Shown here: in pieces, positions 7,136 through 15,891 of the stretch | Layout of the letters: each line of letters starts with the position of its first letter | How positions within the stretch are numbered: position 1 is the first letter of the stretch | NCBI GenBank assembly: GCA_964361905.1 | Contig: CAYICK010000001.1 | Coordinates: forward strand, 1 to 37,684 | Direction of reading: 5' to 3' | DNA from: an uncultured Candidatus Saccharibacteria bacterium | GTDB taxonomy: Bacteria > Patescibacteriota > Minisyncoccia > Phycocordibacterales > WO2-35-19 | Length of the DNA stretch: 37,684 nt | Made by a program: the position numbers and the translations under genes | Notes under the pieces: generated by a model | What the model was told of the DNA's origin: nothing | The model's database searches: none | What the model saw: only the letters and a program-made list of their open reading frames with translations

Positions 7136-8047
7136 ATGTATATTGTTAAACACAGAAAAATATTTTACATAATATCGAGCGTCTTGGTCTTGAGTTCAAT
7201 ATTTGCGATTGTTTTTTGGGGGCTGAAACCGAGTATCGATTTTGCCGGCGGCAGTTTGCTTGACATATCTTTTGACCAGAACAAACCAACGTCCGAAGAG
7301 GTGGGTAAAGTTTTAAATAATTTGAATTTTAAAGATGCTTCAGTCAGATCTTCCGGTGAAGGTTTTATTTTAAGATTAAAAGAAATATCACAAGCCGAAA
7401 AAGATTCTATAATGTCTGGCCTTTCTTTGGACGGAAAATATTCTCCCGTGGAAAAAACTTTCTCTACGGTAGGACCGATTTTAGGTCAAGAAGCCATCCA
7501 AAAATCTTTCGTATCAATAATTTTGGTGCTTCTGGCCATCGTGCTTTTTATCGCGTTTGCTTTCAGAAAAGTTTCGGAACCGGTATCTTCATGGATTTAC
7601 GGATTGGTGACGGTGTTGGCTCTTTTGCACGATGTTTTGGTTCCTGCCGGTGTATTTGCTATTCTCGGTCATTTTTACGGATTTGAAGTTGATACGCTTT
7701 TCGTTACCGCCCTCCTCGTGATACTGGGTTTTTCCGTCCATGATACTATTGTGGTTTTTGACCGCATCAGGGAGAATTTACATAAAAATGAAAGTTATGG
7801 CAGCAAAAAAAATTTTGAGACCATAGTAGGGGAGAGTATTAACGAAACTTTCATCCGTTCGGTAAATACTTCTGTGACTGTGCTATTGGCCATTTTGGTT
7901 CTTTATATTTTCGGACCACAAACTATAAGCAATTTCACCCTGGCGCTCCTTATCGGTATTTTCATCGGCACCTATTCTTCTATATTCATAGGCTCTACTC
8001 TTCTGGTGACTGTGAATAATTTGAGGCGAAGCAAGAATAGAGTATAA
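7136..8047 (+). CDS. secF: Protein translocase subunit SecF
   Basis: 303 aa. Motifs IDFAGGSLL and GFSVHDTIVVFDRIREN, with a 6-TM pattern. It starts 2 nt after the secD stop. Confidence 0.93.
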   Translation: MYIVKHRKIFYIISSVLVLSSIFAIVFWGLKPSIDFAGGSLLDISFDQNKPTSEEVGKVLNNLNFKDASVRSSGEGFILRLKEISQAEKDSIMSGLSLDGKYSPVEKTFSTVGPILGQEAIQKSFVSIILVLLAIVLFIAFAFRKVSEPVSSWIYGLVTVLALLHDVLVPAGVFAILGHFYGFEVDTLFVTALLVILGFSVHDTIVVFDRIRENLHKNESYGSKKNFETIVGESINETFIRSVNTSVTVLLAILVLYIFGPQTISNFTLALLIGIFIGTYSSIFIGSTLLVTVNNLRRSKNRV

Positions 8048-8054
8048 TAGCCCT

Positions 8055-8306
8055 ATGCATAAAAATAATTTTTATATTTCATTCGGTATTTGGATTGCTA
8101 TCTTGCCTTTCCTTGGTATTCCAGGAACCTGGAAAAATGCACTGGTTACTTTGTCCGGGATATTTTTGGCTCTGGTTTTTTCCGGTCCTATGATATTAAA
8201 AAAATTACAGGTTAAACCAAAACCAAAGAAAAAACAGGAATTACCAAAGGAAGAACTAAAATTTTCATCAGATAATGATATAAATCCAAAACCTCCCACT
8301 CCTTAA
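8055..8306 (+). CDS. Small hypothetical membrane protein (2 TM, Lys/Pro-rich tail)
   Basis: 83-aa ORF that exactly fills the gap between secF and the next gene. It has two hydrophobic segments followed by KPKPKKKQELPKEE. Confidence 0.55.
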   Translation: MHKNNFYISFGIWIAILPFLGIPGTWKNALVTLSGIFLALVFSGPMILKKLQVKPKPKKKQELPKEELKFSSDNDINPKPPTP

Positions 8307-8308
8307 AC

Positions 8309-9562
8309 ATGAGAAATAAGGCCAAGATTACCGGTATTATTATAGGCAGCACAGCCCTGATTTTTTTTGTCTCATCTTTCGTTTTTCCTTCAAATGAATC
8401 TTATAGCAATACTGTAAATATTATTCAGCCTGAAATTGTAAAGCAGAAAGAAATACAACACTTAAAAACCCCGGAACCTCTGAAAGGCATCTATATGACG
8501 CAGTGCGTCGCCAGCATGCCATCATTGCGGGAAAAGCTGGCAAAACTCATCGGTGAGACAGAGCTCAATGCAGTGGTTATAGATATCAAAGATTATTCGG
8601 GCACGGTTTCTTTTCAGACCGGCAATAGCGAAATTGATACTTTAAATAAAAATGCCACAGGCTGTAAAGTGGCCGATATGCCCAAGCTTGTTGAAGAGTT
8701 GCACAGTAAAAATATTTATGTCATAGGCCGGGTGACGGTCTTCCAAGATCCTCTTTACGTCAAAGCTCATCCGGAACTGGCTGTCAAAAGGAAACCCTCC
8801 TCCGCTAAAGCTTCGGCGGGCGAGAGTGACTTGACCATATGGAAGGATCGTAAGGGGATATCTTACGTAGATGTTGGCGCCAAGCCTTTTTGGGATCACA
8901 TAATTGCTATTGCCACCTCTTCTTATGTTATCGGTTTTGATGAAATAAATTTTGACTATATACGATTTCCGTCCGATGGCGATATGACGGATATTGCTTT
9001 TACTCATACCGGCACCACCACTAAAAGGGAAATGCTAAGACAATTTTTTGCTTATCTTGACTCTAAGCTTTCAGATACAGGTTTGGTGACCTCGGCTGAC
9101 CTTTTCGGTATGACGACTACCAATATTGATGATTTAAACATTGGACAGGTTTTGGAATATGCTCTTATGAATTTTGATTATGTTTCTCCGATGGTCTATC
9201 CCTCTCACTACCCACCGACATTTAACGGTTGGCCTGACCCAAATAAAGTGCCGTATGAAATTGTGAAGTTTAGTATGGATGCGGCTGTGGCCAGAACGAA
9301 ATTTTTGCGTTCCGAGATTTCTACCACGACTACTGTTTTAGTAAACGGTGTCATAAAGACCAATCCTCCCGATACTCACTTAATGAAAAGAATCAATCCT
9401 TTGCAGCTGCGGCCATGGCTGCAAGACAATGATTATCCGGTGCCTTACACTCCGACTATGGTACGAGCCCAAATTCAGGCCACCTATGATGCCGGCCTGA
9501 CTTCCTGGATGCTCTGGGACCCGGCCAATACTTACACCAAAGAGGCGTTGCTTCCGGAATAA
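8309..9562 (+). CDS. Membrane-anchored putative glycoside-hydrolase-like TIM-barrel protein (DUF4015/GHL-type)
   Basis: 417 aa with an N-terminal anchor. Motifs ELNAVVIDIKDYSGTVSF and FDEINFDYIRFPSDGD are typical of that family as I remember it. Family assignment is not verified. Confidence 0.7.
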   Translation: MRNKAKITGIIIGSTALIFFVSSFVFPSNESYSNTVNIIQPEIVKQKEIQHLKTPEPLKGIYMTQCVASMPSLREKLAKLIGETELNAVVIDIKDYSGTVSFQTGNSEIDTLNKNATGCKVADMPKLVEELHSKNIYVIGRVTVFQDPLYVKAHPELAVKRKPSSAKASAGESDLTIWKDRKGISYVDVGAKPFWDHIIAIATSSYVIGFDEINFDYIRFPSDGDMTDIAFTHTGTTTKREMLRQFFAYLDSKLSDTGLVTSADLFGMTTTNIDDLNIGQVLEYALMNFDYVSPMVYPSHYPPTFNGWPDPNKVPYEIVKFSMDAAVARTKFLRSEISTTTTVLVNGVIKTNPPDTHLMKRINPLQLRPWLQDNDYPVPYTPTMVRAQIQATYDAGLTSWMLWDPANTYTKEALLPE

Positions 9563-9574
9563 CTCATCCTCCAA

Positions 9575-9630
9575 CCCCTTCCCTTACAACAAGGGAAGGG
9601 GCTTTGGAACCCTCTCTTGTAGTAAGAGAG
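9575..9630 (+). terminator. Tandem stem-loops (11-bp stem 9575-9601; 7-bp stem 9612-9630), candidate intrinsic terminator
   Basis: CCCCTTCCCTT-acaac-AAGGGAAGGGG followed by CTTT, then CTCTCTT-gtagt-AAGAGAG. The architecture matches the element at 646-691. Confidence 0.45.
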
Positions 9631-9642
9631 AGCAGGGTGAGT

Positions 9643-9648
9643 TATAAT
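9643..9648 (+). promoter_or_regulatory. Candidate -10 box (TATAAT) for the TraD-like ATPase gene
   Basis: Consensus hexamer 7 nt upstream of the ATG at 9656. Confidence 0.3.
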
Positions 9649-9655
9649 AAAGTCA

Positions 9656-11356
9656 ATGTATCCTGAAAATAAAATTACATACTTTGCCGAGACCGATGCG
9701 CGCAACAAGCGAGTTAAGTTTGGTATCAAGGCCGAAGATAGACTTAGGCATATTTACTCCATCGGGAAAACAGGTATGGGTAAGTCCACAATGTTAGAGA
9801 ATATGGCTATTCAAGATATTCAAAATGGCGAGGGTATGGCATTTTTAGATCCGCATGGATCAACCGCTGATAAATTACTTGATTATGTTCCGGAAGAGAG
9901 GATAAAAGATGTTATTTATTTCGCCCCTTTTGATATTGAACATCCAATCGCTTTTAATGTTATGGAAGATGTGGGTCCGGAAAGGCGGCATCTTGTCGTC
10001 TCGGGGCTTATGAGCGCTTTCGAGAAATCATTCGGAGAAGAAAGTTTTTCCGACCGTATGCAGTATATTTTGCAAAATACTATATTGGCTCTTTTGGAAT
10101 ATCCGGGAGCGACGATGCTTGGTATAAACAGGATGCTTTCCGACAAAGTTTACCGCAATAATGTGATTGCCAATATTACCGACCCGTCGGTCAAAAATTA
10201 TTGGACCAAAGAATATGCGGGTTATACCGAAAGATTCGCGGCCGAAGCTATACCGGCCATCCAAAACAAAATCGGTCAGTTCACTTCCAATCCTTTAATC
10301 AGAAACATTATCGGCCAACCGAAATCGTCTTTTGATATGAGGAAAATAATGGATGACAAGAAAATTCTCATTGTAAACTTATCCAAAGGCCTGGTAGGAG
10401 AGGGCAACGCAAATTTGTTGGGTTCAATGATTGTCACTAAAATGTATCTGGCCGCTATGTCTCGTGCTGATGCTGACCCGAAAGAGTTGAAAAAATTACC
10501 AAACTTTTATTTATATGTAGATGAATTCCAATCTTTTGCAAACAAAAGCTTTGCCGACATTTTGTCAGAGGCCAGGAAATACAAATTGAGTTTAAATATT
10601 ACTCACCAATACATTGAGCAGATGGCCGATGAGGTGCGAGCAGCGGTGTTTGGCAACGTGGGCACAATGATTGCTTTTCGTGTCGGCTCGTTCGATGCTG
10701 AAGTGCTGGAGAAAGAGTTTGCTCCGGTGTTTACTATGGAAGATATTGTTAATCTGGGATTTGTGCAAATTTATCTCAAACTTATGATTGACGGAGTAGC
10801 ATCCCAACCATTTTCGGCTACTACTTTGCCGCCAGCTCCAAAACCAGAGATTTCCTTCAGAGGGCAAGTGGTAGAAATGTCCCGCAAAGATTTTACCAAA
10901 CCGAAAGCAGAAGTGGAAAAAGCTATAGCAGACTGGCACGAACCGGAAGTGAAAGTAGCAAGTAGCAAGCAGCCAGTAGCAAGGGTAGAAACTAAACCAG
11001 AAATAAAATTAGAACCAAAATCGGAATATAAACCCAGGGAACAAAATTTTGAAAAGCCCAAACCTGATCAACCCAAGTTTCAACAGCAACCTCAGAGTAA
11101 ACCTGTTTTGGCTAAAGCAATAGAGGAAGCGGTGAAGCATAGAAATGAATCAAATGAACCGAAAAAAGAAACAATATCCTTAAATCAACTTAAACCAAAC
11201 ATTGAAAAAAGTAGAAATAAAGAGGTGTCGCCGGAACACAAAAATGCTCTTAAAGAAGCGATAGAGAAAGCAAAACTCAACGAACCGATAAAAGCGGAAG
11301 AAAAAAACAAAGAAGTGCCGGAAGAAACTTTACGTGAAATTCTGAAAGGCGAATAG
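9656..11356 (+). CDS. TraD/TrwB/VirD4-family (type IV coupling-protein-like) P-loop ATPase, soluble, with a disordered Lys/Glu/Pro-rich C-terminal tail
   Basis: 566 aa. Walker A GKTGMGKST, FLDPHG and Walker B FYLYVDEFQSFA, then ARKYKLSLNITHQYIEQM (TraG-D_C-like). There is no N-terminal TM segment. The last ~170 aa are low complexity. Confidence 0.75.
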   Translation: MYPENKITYFAETDARNKRVKFGIKAEDRLRHIYSIGKTGMGKSTMLENMAIQDIQNGEGMAFLDPHGSTADKLLDYVPEERIKDVIYFAPFDIEHPIAFNVMEDVGPERRHLVVSGLMSAFEKSFGEESFSDRMQYILQNTILALLEYPGATMLGINRMLSDKVYRNNVIANITDPSVKNYWTKEYAGYTERFAAEAIPAIQNKIGQFTSNPLIRNIIGQPKSSFDMRKIMDDKKILIVNLSKGLVGEGNANLLGSMIVTKMYLAAMSRADADPKELKKLPNFYLYVDEFQSFANKSFADILSEARKYKLSLNITHQYIEQMADEVRAAVFGNVGTMIAFRVGSFDAEVLEKEFAPVFTMEDIVNLGFVQIYLKLMIDGVASQPFSATTLPPAPKPEISFRGQVVEMSRKDFTKPKAEVEKAIADWHEPEVKVASSKQPVARVETKPEIKLEPKSEYKPREQNFEKPKPDQPKFQQQPQSKPVLAKAIEEAVKHRNESNEPKKETISLNQLKPNIEKSRNKEVSPEHKNALKEAIEKAKLNEPIKAEEKNKEVPEETLREILKGE

Positions 11357-11376
11357 TGGCTTAAATGCTTGATTTT

Positions 11377-11385
11377 TGGTATATT
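11377..11385 (+). promoter_or_regulatory. Candidate extended -10 box (TGGTATATT) ahead of the glycan operon
   Basis: TGn + TATATT. The GTG start at 11392 lies 6 nt downstream. Confidence 0.3.
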
Positions 11386-11391
11386 TAGGGT

Positions 11392-12540
11392 GTGGAAAAA
11401 ACCAAAAAAATACTTATATTTTCAACCGCATATTATCCGTTTGTGGGTGGGGCAGAGGTGGCTGTAAAGGAAATTACTGACAGAGTTCCTGATATACAAT
11501 TTGATTTGATTACCGCGAAATTAAAAGGCGGTCTGCCAAAATTTGAAAAAATCGGCAATATAAATGTTTATAGATTGGGAATCGGCGTTCCTATTTTGGA
11601 TAAATTACTCTTGCCATTTTGGGGAGCTATAAAAACTATCCAACTCAATAACACAAATAATTACTCTGGCTATTGGTGTATGATGGTGACTTTTGCATCG
11701 GGGGCCGCATATCTCGCAAATATTTTTTCAGAAAATAAAGTCCCCATTATCTTAACTTTACAAGAAGGAGATTCGGAAGAATATATGAGAACAAAATGGT
11801 TTGGCCTGATAGATTTGTCATGGAAACTTGCTCTGGAAAGATCCTCCGAGGTTACCGTCATAAGTAATTATTTAGGAGAGAGAGCTAAAAGATTGGGGTT
11901 TCAAGGAGAGTCGGTGCTTATACCAAACGGAGTGGACACAGATCATTACTCGGAATTTTTTACAGAAGAGGAATTAAATGAACTAAGTGATAAGTTAGGC
12001 AGGAAAGAGGAAAATATAATTATGCTTATAAGCACTTCCAGATTAACTGAAAAAAACGGTATAGATATTATTATAAAATCTTTGAAATATCTCCCGGATA
12101 ATTTTCATTTTTATAATTTCGGCTCCGGCCAAGATAAAAAAGATCTTATTAATCTTGCCAGTTCTCTAGGTTTGGGTTCGCGGGTTCATTTAGAAGATTA
12201 TATAGAACATGATGAATTGCCTAAATATCTCAAAATTGCCGATATTTTCATCCGTCCGTCACGGTCGGAAGGGCAGGGCATATCATTTCTTGAAGCTATG
12301 GCTGCTAAATTGCCCGTTATTGCTACGCCGGTTGGCGGCATTGTTGATTTTCTCAAAGATGGCGAGACCGGTTATTTTTGTCAGCCGGAAAATCCGGAAA
12401 GTGTAGCCAAAACGGTGCAAAGAGTGATTAACGATCTAAATAAAAACCAAATAACAGAAAACGCCTACAATATGGTTTGTGAAAAATATAATTGGAATTT
12501 GATTGCCCAAAAAATGGAAGAAGTTTTCAAAAGCGTATGA
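11392..12540 (+). CDS. GT-B fold glycosyltransferase, family 4-like
   Basis: 382 aa with a GTG start. Motifs FSTAYYPFVGGAEVAV and RPSRSEGQGISFLEAMAAKLPVIATPVGGIVDFL. Confidence 0.85.
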   Translation: MEKTKKILIFSTAYYPFVGGAEVAVKEITDRVPDIQFDLITAKLKGGLPKFEKIGNINVYRLGIGVPILDKLLLPFWGAIKTIQLNNTNNYSGYWCMMVTFASGAAYLANIFSENKVPIILTLQEGDSEEYMRTKWFGLIDLSWKLALERSSEVTVISNYLGERAKRLGFQGESVLIPNGVDTDHYSEFFTEEELNELSDKLGRKEENIIMLISTSRLTEKNGIDIIIKSLKYLPDNFHFYNFGSGQDKKDLINLASSLGLGSRVHLEDYIEHDELPKYLKIADIFIRPSRSEGQGISFLEAMAAKLPVIATPVGGIVDFLKDGETGYFCQPENPESVAKTVQRVINDLNKNQITENAYNMVCEKYNWNLIAQKMEEVFKSV

Positions 12541-13979
12541 CTATAGAAAACAAAAAAATAATTCTAATTCAAATAAACCACTCGGAAGACCATTCTGAAA
12601 AAATTTTGCCGTTAGGCATTTTGTCTGTTGGTAGCGCTTTGAAAAAGAACGGTTTTGATGTGGAACTCATAAATATTACCGAAAAGGAAATTGACCAAAC
12701 TGCAACTGCCGTTATAGACAAAAAACCGTTTTGTGTCGGTTTGTCCGTAATGACCGGACGTCAAACATTGTATAGCGCCAAATTATCACAAAAAATAAAA
12801 GCTGGCTCAAATTTACCTGTTATTTGGGGCGGTATTCATCCGTCACTTTTGCCTGAGCAATGTTTGTCTGAAAATTATATAGATTATGTGATTATTGGTG
12901 AAGGTGAAGAAACTATAATTGAGTTTTTGAATAAATTACAAAAAGGAGAAAATTTAACAGATGTTTTGGGATTGGGATATAAAGAAAAGTTTGAGGTCAA
13001 AATAAATCAAGCCAGGCCTTTTATAAAAAATTTAGACCAGTGGCCTCTGGATTTTTCTCTGCTTGATATGGATAAATATTTATTTAAATTGGGTGAATTC
13101 AAAAGGGTTATAGCTTATAAAGCCAGCCGTGGCTGCCCATTTAATTGCGCTTTTTGTTATAACAAGGCTTTCAATCAAAGCCGGTACAGAGACTGGTCTA
13201 TGGAACATGTGATAACAGACATGGAGTTTTTGAAAAAAAAATATAACATAGATGCCGTTAAGTTTTATGACGATAATTTTTTTGTAAACAAAAGTCGCGC
13301 TCTGGAGATTTTAAAAAAGATTAATTTGCCGGCTCATCTTGAGGTCAGGATAGATATGATAGATGATGAACTGGCGAAAGAACTGAAAGATCGCAAAGTA
13401 TTTGACCTGCTTATCGGTGCCGAAGCGGGGAGTGACAGAATTTTATCAATGATTAATAAAAGAATTACCGTTGAGCGTATTTTTTCTGCTGTGAAATCCC
13501 TATCCAAATTTAATGTGCCGGCTTGCTATTCCGTTATCGTCGGCCTGCCTAGCGAGACCAAGGGGGAATTTGAAGCCACGATAGATTTGCTGTACAAGAT
13601 ATACAAAATTCATCCGGAGGCCACTTTCACTCTCGGAGCTTATATGCCTTATCCGGGGTCTATAATGTATGACATGGCAATAAAAGCCGGTTTTAAACCG
13701 CCATCAAAAACCGAGGATTGGGGCAAAATGGACCGTTTCCGCAAAGATTTTTCTTCACCTTGGATAGACGGCGGGCAGGTCTGGGTTATTAGAGAATGTT
13801 TTAAATTGTTGAAATTTAAATTGGGACCGATAAATAAAATTTTTGAACTCAGAATCAAGCATCGATTTTTTGCTTGGCCGATCGATATTTATCTTGTAGA
13901 ATGGCTGTCTGGCTTGGCCATCGAAGAGAAGAATTGGTTTGGCAGACTGCTAAGGGGTGTATATAAATTTATAAAATGA
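12537..13979 (+). CDS. B12-binding-domain radical SAM enzyme (class-B-like), paralog 1
   Basis: N-terminal Rossmann-like domain with VIWGGIHPSLLPEQ and VIIGEGEETIIEF. The radical SAM cluster motif is SRGCPFNCAFCYN (CxxxCxxC). ATG 12537 forms an ATGA overlap with the upstream stop; the TTG 12492 extension was rejected. Confidence 0.88.
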   Translation: MTIENKKIILIQINHSEDHSEKILPLGILSVGSALKKNGFDVELINITEKEIDQTATAVIDKKPFCVGLSVMTGRQTLYSAKLSQKIKAGSNLPVIWGGIHPSLLPEQCLSENYIDYVIIGEGEETIIEFLNKLQKGENLTDVLGLGYKEKFEVKINQARPFIKNLDQWPLDFSLLDMDKYLFKLGEFKRVIAYKASRGCPFNCAFCYNKAFNQSRYRDWSMEHVITDMEFLKKKYNIDAVKFYDDNFFVNKSRALEILKKINLPAHLEVRIDMIDDELAKELKDRKVFDLLIGAEAGSDRILSMINKRITVERIFSAVKSLSKFNVPACYSVIVGLPSETKGEFEATIDLLYKIYKIHPEATFTLGAYMPYPGSIMYDMAIKAGFKPPSKTEDWGKMDRFRKDFSSPWIDGGQVWVIRECFKLLKFKLGPINKIFELRIKHRFFAWPIDIYLVEWLSGLAIEEKNWFGRLLRGVYKFIK

Positions 13980-14692
13980 TAATCAATATTAATTTTAATA
14001 AAGGCAAACAACTCTCGGGTAGAGTTTACCCGGAGTTTTTTGCAATAAACAAGGAGGATACGGTTTTGAATGTTGGCTGTGGAGACGGTGTTCAGGCGGT
14101 TATCTACGGGGGTAATTATAAAAAGATGGTCGGGGTTGATTTGAATACGGACAGATTAAATATGTCTAAATCGATAAAAGAGTATTTTCCTTTTGAAACC
14201 ATCTGCGCCAATGTGGAAGCAATACCGCTTACAGACACTTTTGATAAAATAATCGCGATAGATATAGTTGAACATGTTCAAAACCCTCAAAAAATGTTGG
14301 GTGAAGTCTATAGATTATTAAAAGATGGCGGACAACTTCTTATAACTTTTCCCACGATGCACGACAGATGGGAAAACTTTTTTAGATTTGTCGGCCGTAA
14401 AATTCTCAGACGCAAAGGAAAGACCATAATCACAAAAGAATGGAATCCAGATGCTCATGCCTCAGATTTTAAGTTGAAAAAATGGTTTGAACTGATGAAT
14501 AACGGAGGCTTTGAACTGATTAAATATAGGGCAAGTTCTATGTTTCCTCCGCTTCACTACCTGGGTATTCCAAAGTTTTGGTTTTCTAACAACATAATTC
14601 ACACTATTGATAAGTTTATTTGCGAACAACCGGTATTTAGGGATTATGGACAAGCGGCGGTTTGTGTTTTTAAAAAGAAAAATTATGACTAA
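13976..14692 (+). CDS. Class I SAM-dependent methyltransferase
   Basis: 238 aa. Motif I is VLNVGCGDGVQA; also DKIIAIDIVEHV and LKDGGQLLITFP. ATGA overlap with rSAM paralog 1. Confidence 0.85.
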   Translation: MIININFNKGKQLSGRVYPEFFAINKEDTVLNVGCGDGVQAVIYGGNYKKMVGVDLNTDRLNMSKSIKEYFPFETICANVEAIPLTDTFDKIIAIDIVEHVQNPQKMLGEVYRLLKDGGQLLITFPTMHDRWENFFRFVGRKILRRKGKTIITKEWNPDAHASDFKLKKWFELMNNGGFELIKYRASSMFPPLHYLGIPKFWFSNNIIHTIDKFICEQPVFRDYGQAAVCVFKKKNYD

Positions 14693-14885
14693 AATATCAA
14701 TCAATCAAGAGTGTATAGGATGCAACTTTTGCGAAAGTTGCGCCCCGACAATATTTCAAGTTGACCAAACGGATTTTAAATGCAAACTGAAAAAGGAAGG
14801 TAATTTTTCGCCTGAAGAACTGAAACAGATTAAAGAAGCGGCTGACGGTTGTCCCGTTAATGCAATTGAGTTAAATGAACAATAA
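14685..14885 (+). CDS. Small single-cluster ferredoxin ([4Fe-4S] or [3Fe-4S] type)
   Basis: 66 aa from ATG 14685. Motifs CIGCNFCESCAP and a distal GCPVNAI. It overlaps the upstream methyltransferase by 8 nt and the downstream GT by 11 nt. Confidence 0.8.
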   Translation: MTKISINQECIGCNFCESCAPTIFQVDQTDFKCKLKKEGNFSPEELKQIKEAADGCPVNAIELNEQ

Positions 14886-15891
14886 GAAAATTTTAATCAC
14901 CACCGGCATATATCCGCCCCAAATAGGCGGTCCGGCTCAATATGCCAAAAATCTCAAAGAGGCGCTTGAGAAAATCGGCTATACCGTGAGAGTTAAAACT
15001 TATGGAACAGAGAATAAACTGCCCACAGGCATCAGGCATTTATTTTTCTTTTTCAAAATATTTTTTCAAGTTGCAAAAAGCGAAGTTGTTTTTATTTTAG
15101 ATACTTTTAGCGTTGGGTGGCCAACCATTCTGGCTTGCAAAATTTTTGGCAAAAAGGGGATTATAAGGACCGGCGGAGATTTCTTGTGGGAAGAATATGT
15201 GGAAAGAACAGGCAAAAAAGTTTTATTGAGGAATTTCTATAATACGGAGATCCCGTACTTCTCTTTAAAAGAAAGAATTATCTTTAAACTAACCAGATGG
15301 GCTCTGAAAAATACTTCAAAAATTATTTTTTCCACAAATTGGCAAAGAGGTATTTTTATCAAGGGCTACGGTCTTAAAAAAGAAAATACCTGTATAGTTG
15401 AAAATTATTATGGACCAAAAGAATCAGATAATGATTTTGAATCGAAGACATTTATTGCTTCAACACGTAATTTGGTATGGAAAAATCTTGATGTTTTAAA
15501 AGGCATTTTTGAAAGAATTAAGCTCGGACATCCTGAAATAGCACTTTTTACCGACAATCTTCCCTACGGTCAATTTATGGATAAAATAAGGGGTTCTTAT
15601 GCCGTAATATTGGCTTCAATCGGGGATATAAGCCCCAATATGATTACAGACGCCATAAGGTTAAACAGGCCTTTTATATGTACCAAGGAAGTCGGTATTT
15701 ACGAAAGAATCAAAGATGCCGGAATTTTTGTTAATCCCCTAAACGAAAAAGAAATTGAAGAAGCGGTTTTGAATTTATTGACAGAAGACGGTTATAAAGA
15801 AGCTAAAGCAAAAGTCAGAAATTTCAATTTCACGCATACCTGGGACGAAATAGTGCATGAATTTTTAGAAGTAGCTGAAAAAATAAAATGA
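14875..15891 (+). CDS. GT-B-like glycosyltransferase (divergent GT4-type)
   Basis: 338 aa. N-terminal KILITTGIYPPQIGGPAQYAKNL is typical of the GT4 N-domain. The C-domain is divergent. Confidence 0.7.
   Translation: MNNKKILITTGIYPPQIGGPAQYAKNLKEALEKIGYTVRVKTYGTENKLPTGIRHLFFFFKIFFQVAKSEVVFILDTFSVGWPTILACKIFGKKGIIRTGGDFLWEEYVERTGKKVLLRNFYNTEIPYFSLKERIIFKLTRWALKNTSKIIFSTNWQRGIFIKGYGLKKENTCIVENYYGPKESDNDFESKTFIASTRNLVWKNLDVLKGIFERIKLGHPEIALFTDNLPYGQFMDKIRGSYAVILASIGDISPNMITDAIRLNRPFICTKEVGIYERIKDAGIFVNPLNEKEIEEAVLNLLTEDGYKEAKAKVRNFNFTHTWDEIVHEFLEVAEKIK

Noticed and set aside
12492-12536. N-terminal extensions proposed by the ORF track (TTG 12492 for rSAM-1; 14607-14684 for the ferredoxin; TTG 4433-4462 for the sugar transferase; TTG 2158 for rodA)
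   Set aside because: Each extension overlaps the upstream gene heavily and adds non-homologous residues. In-frame ATGs forming ATGA-type or short overlaps (12537, 14685, 4463, 2164) give canonical N-termini.
12400-12540. Cobalamin riboswitch upstream of any of the three B12-domain radical SAM genes
   Set aside because: All three genes start in overlap with, or within about 60 nt of, neighbouring coding sequence. That leaves no room for a ~200-nt riboswitch, and no B12-box-like sequence was noticed.
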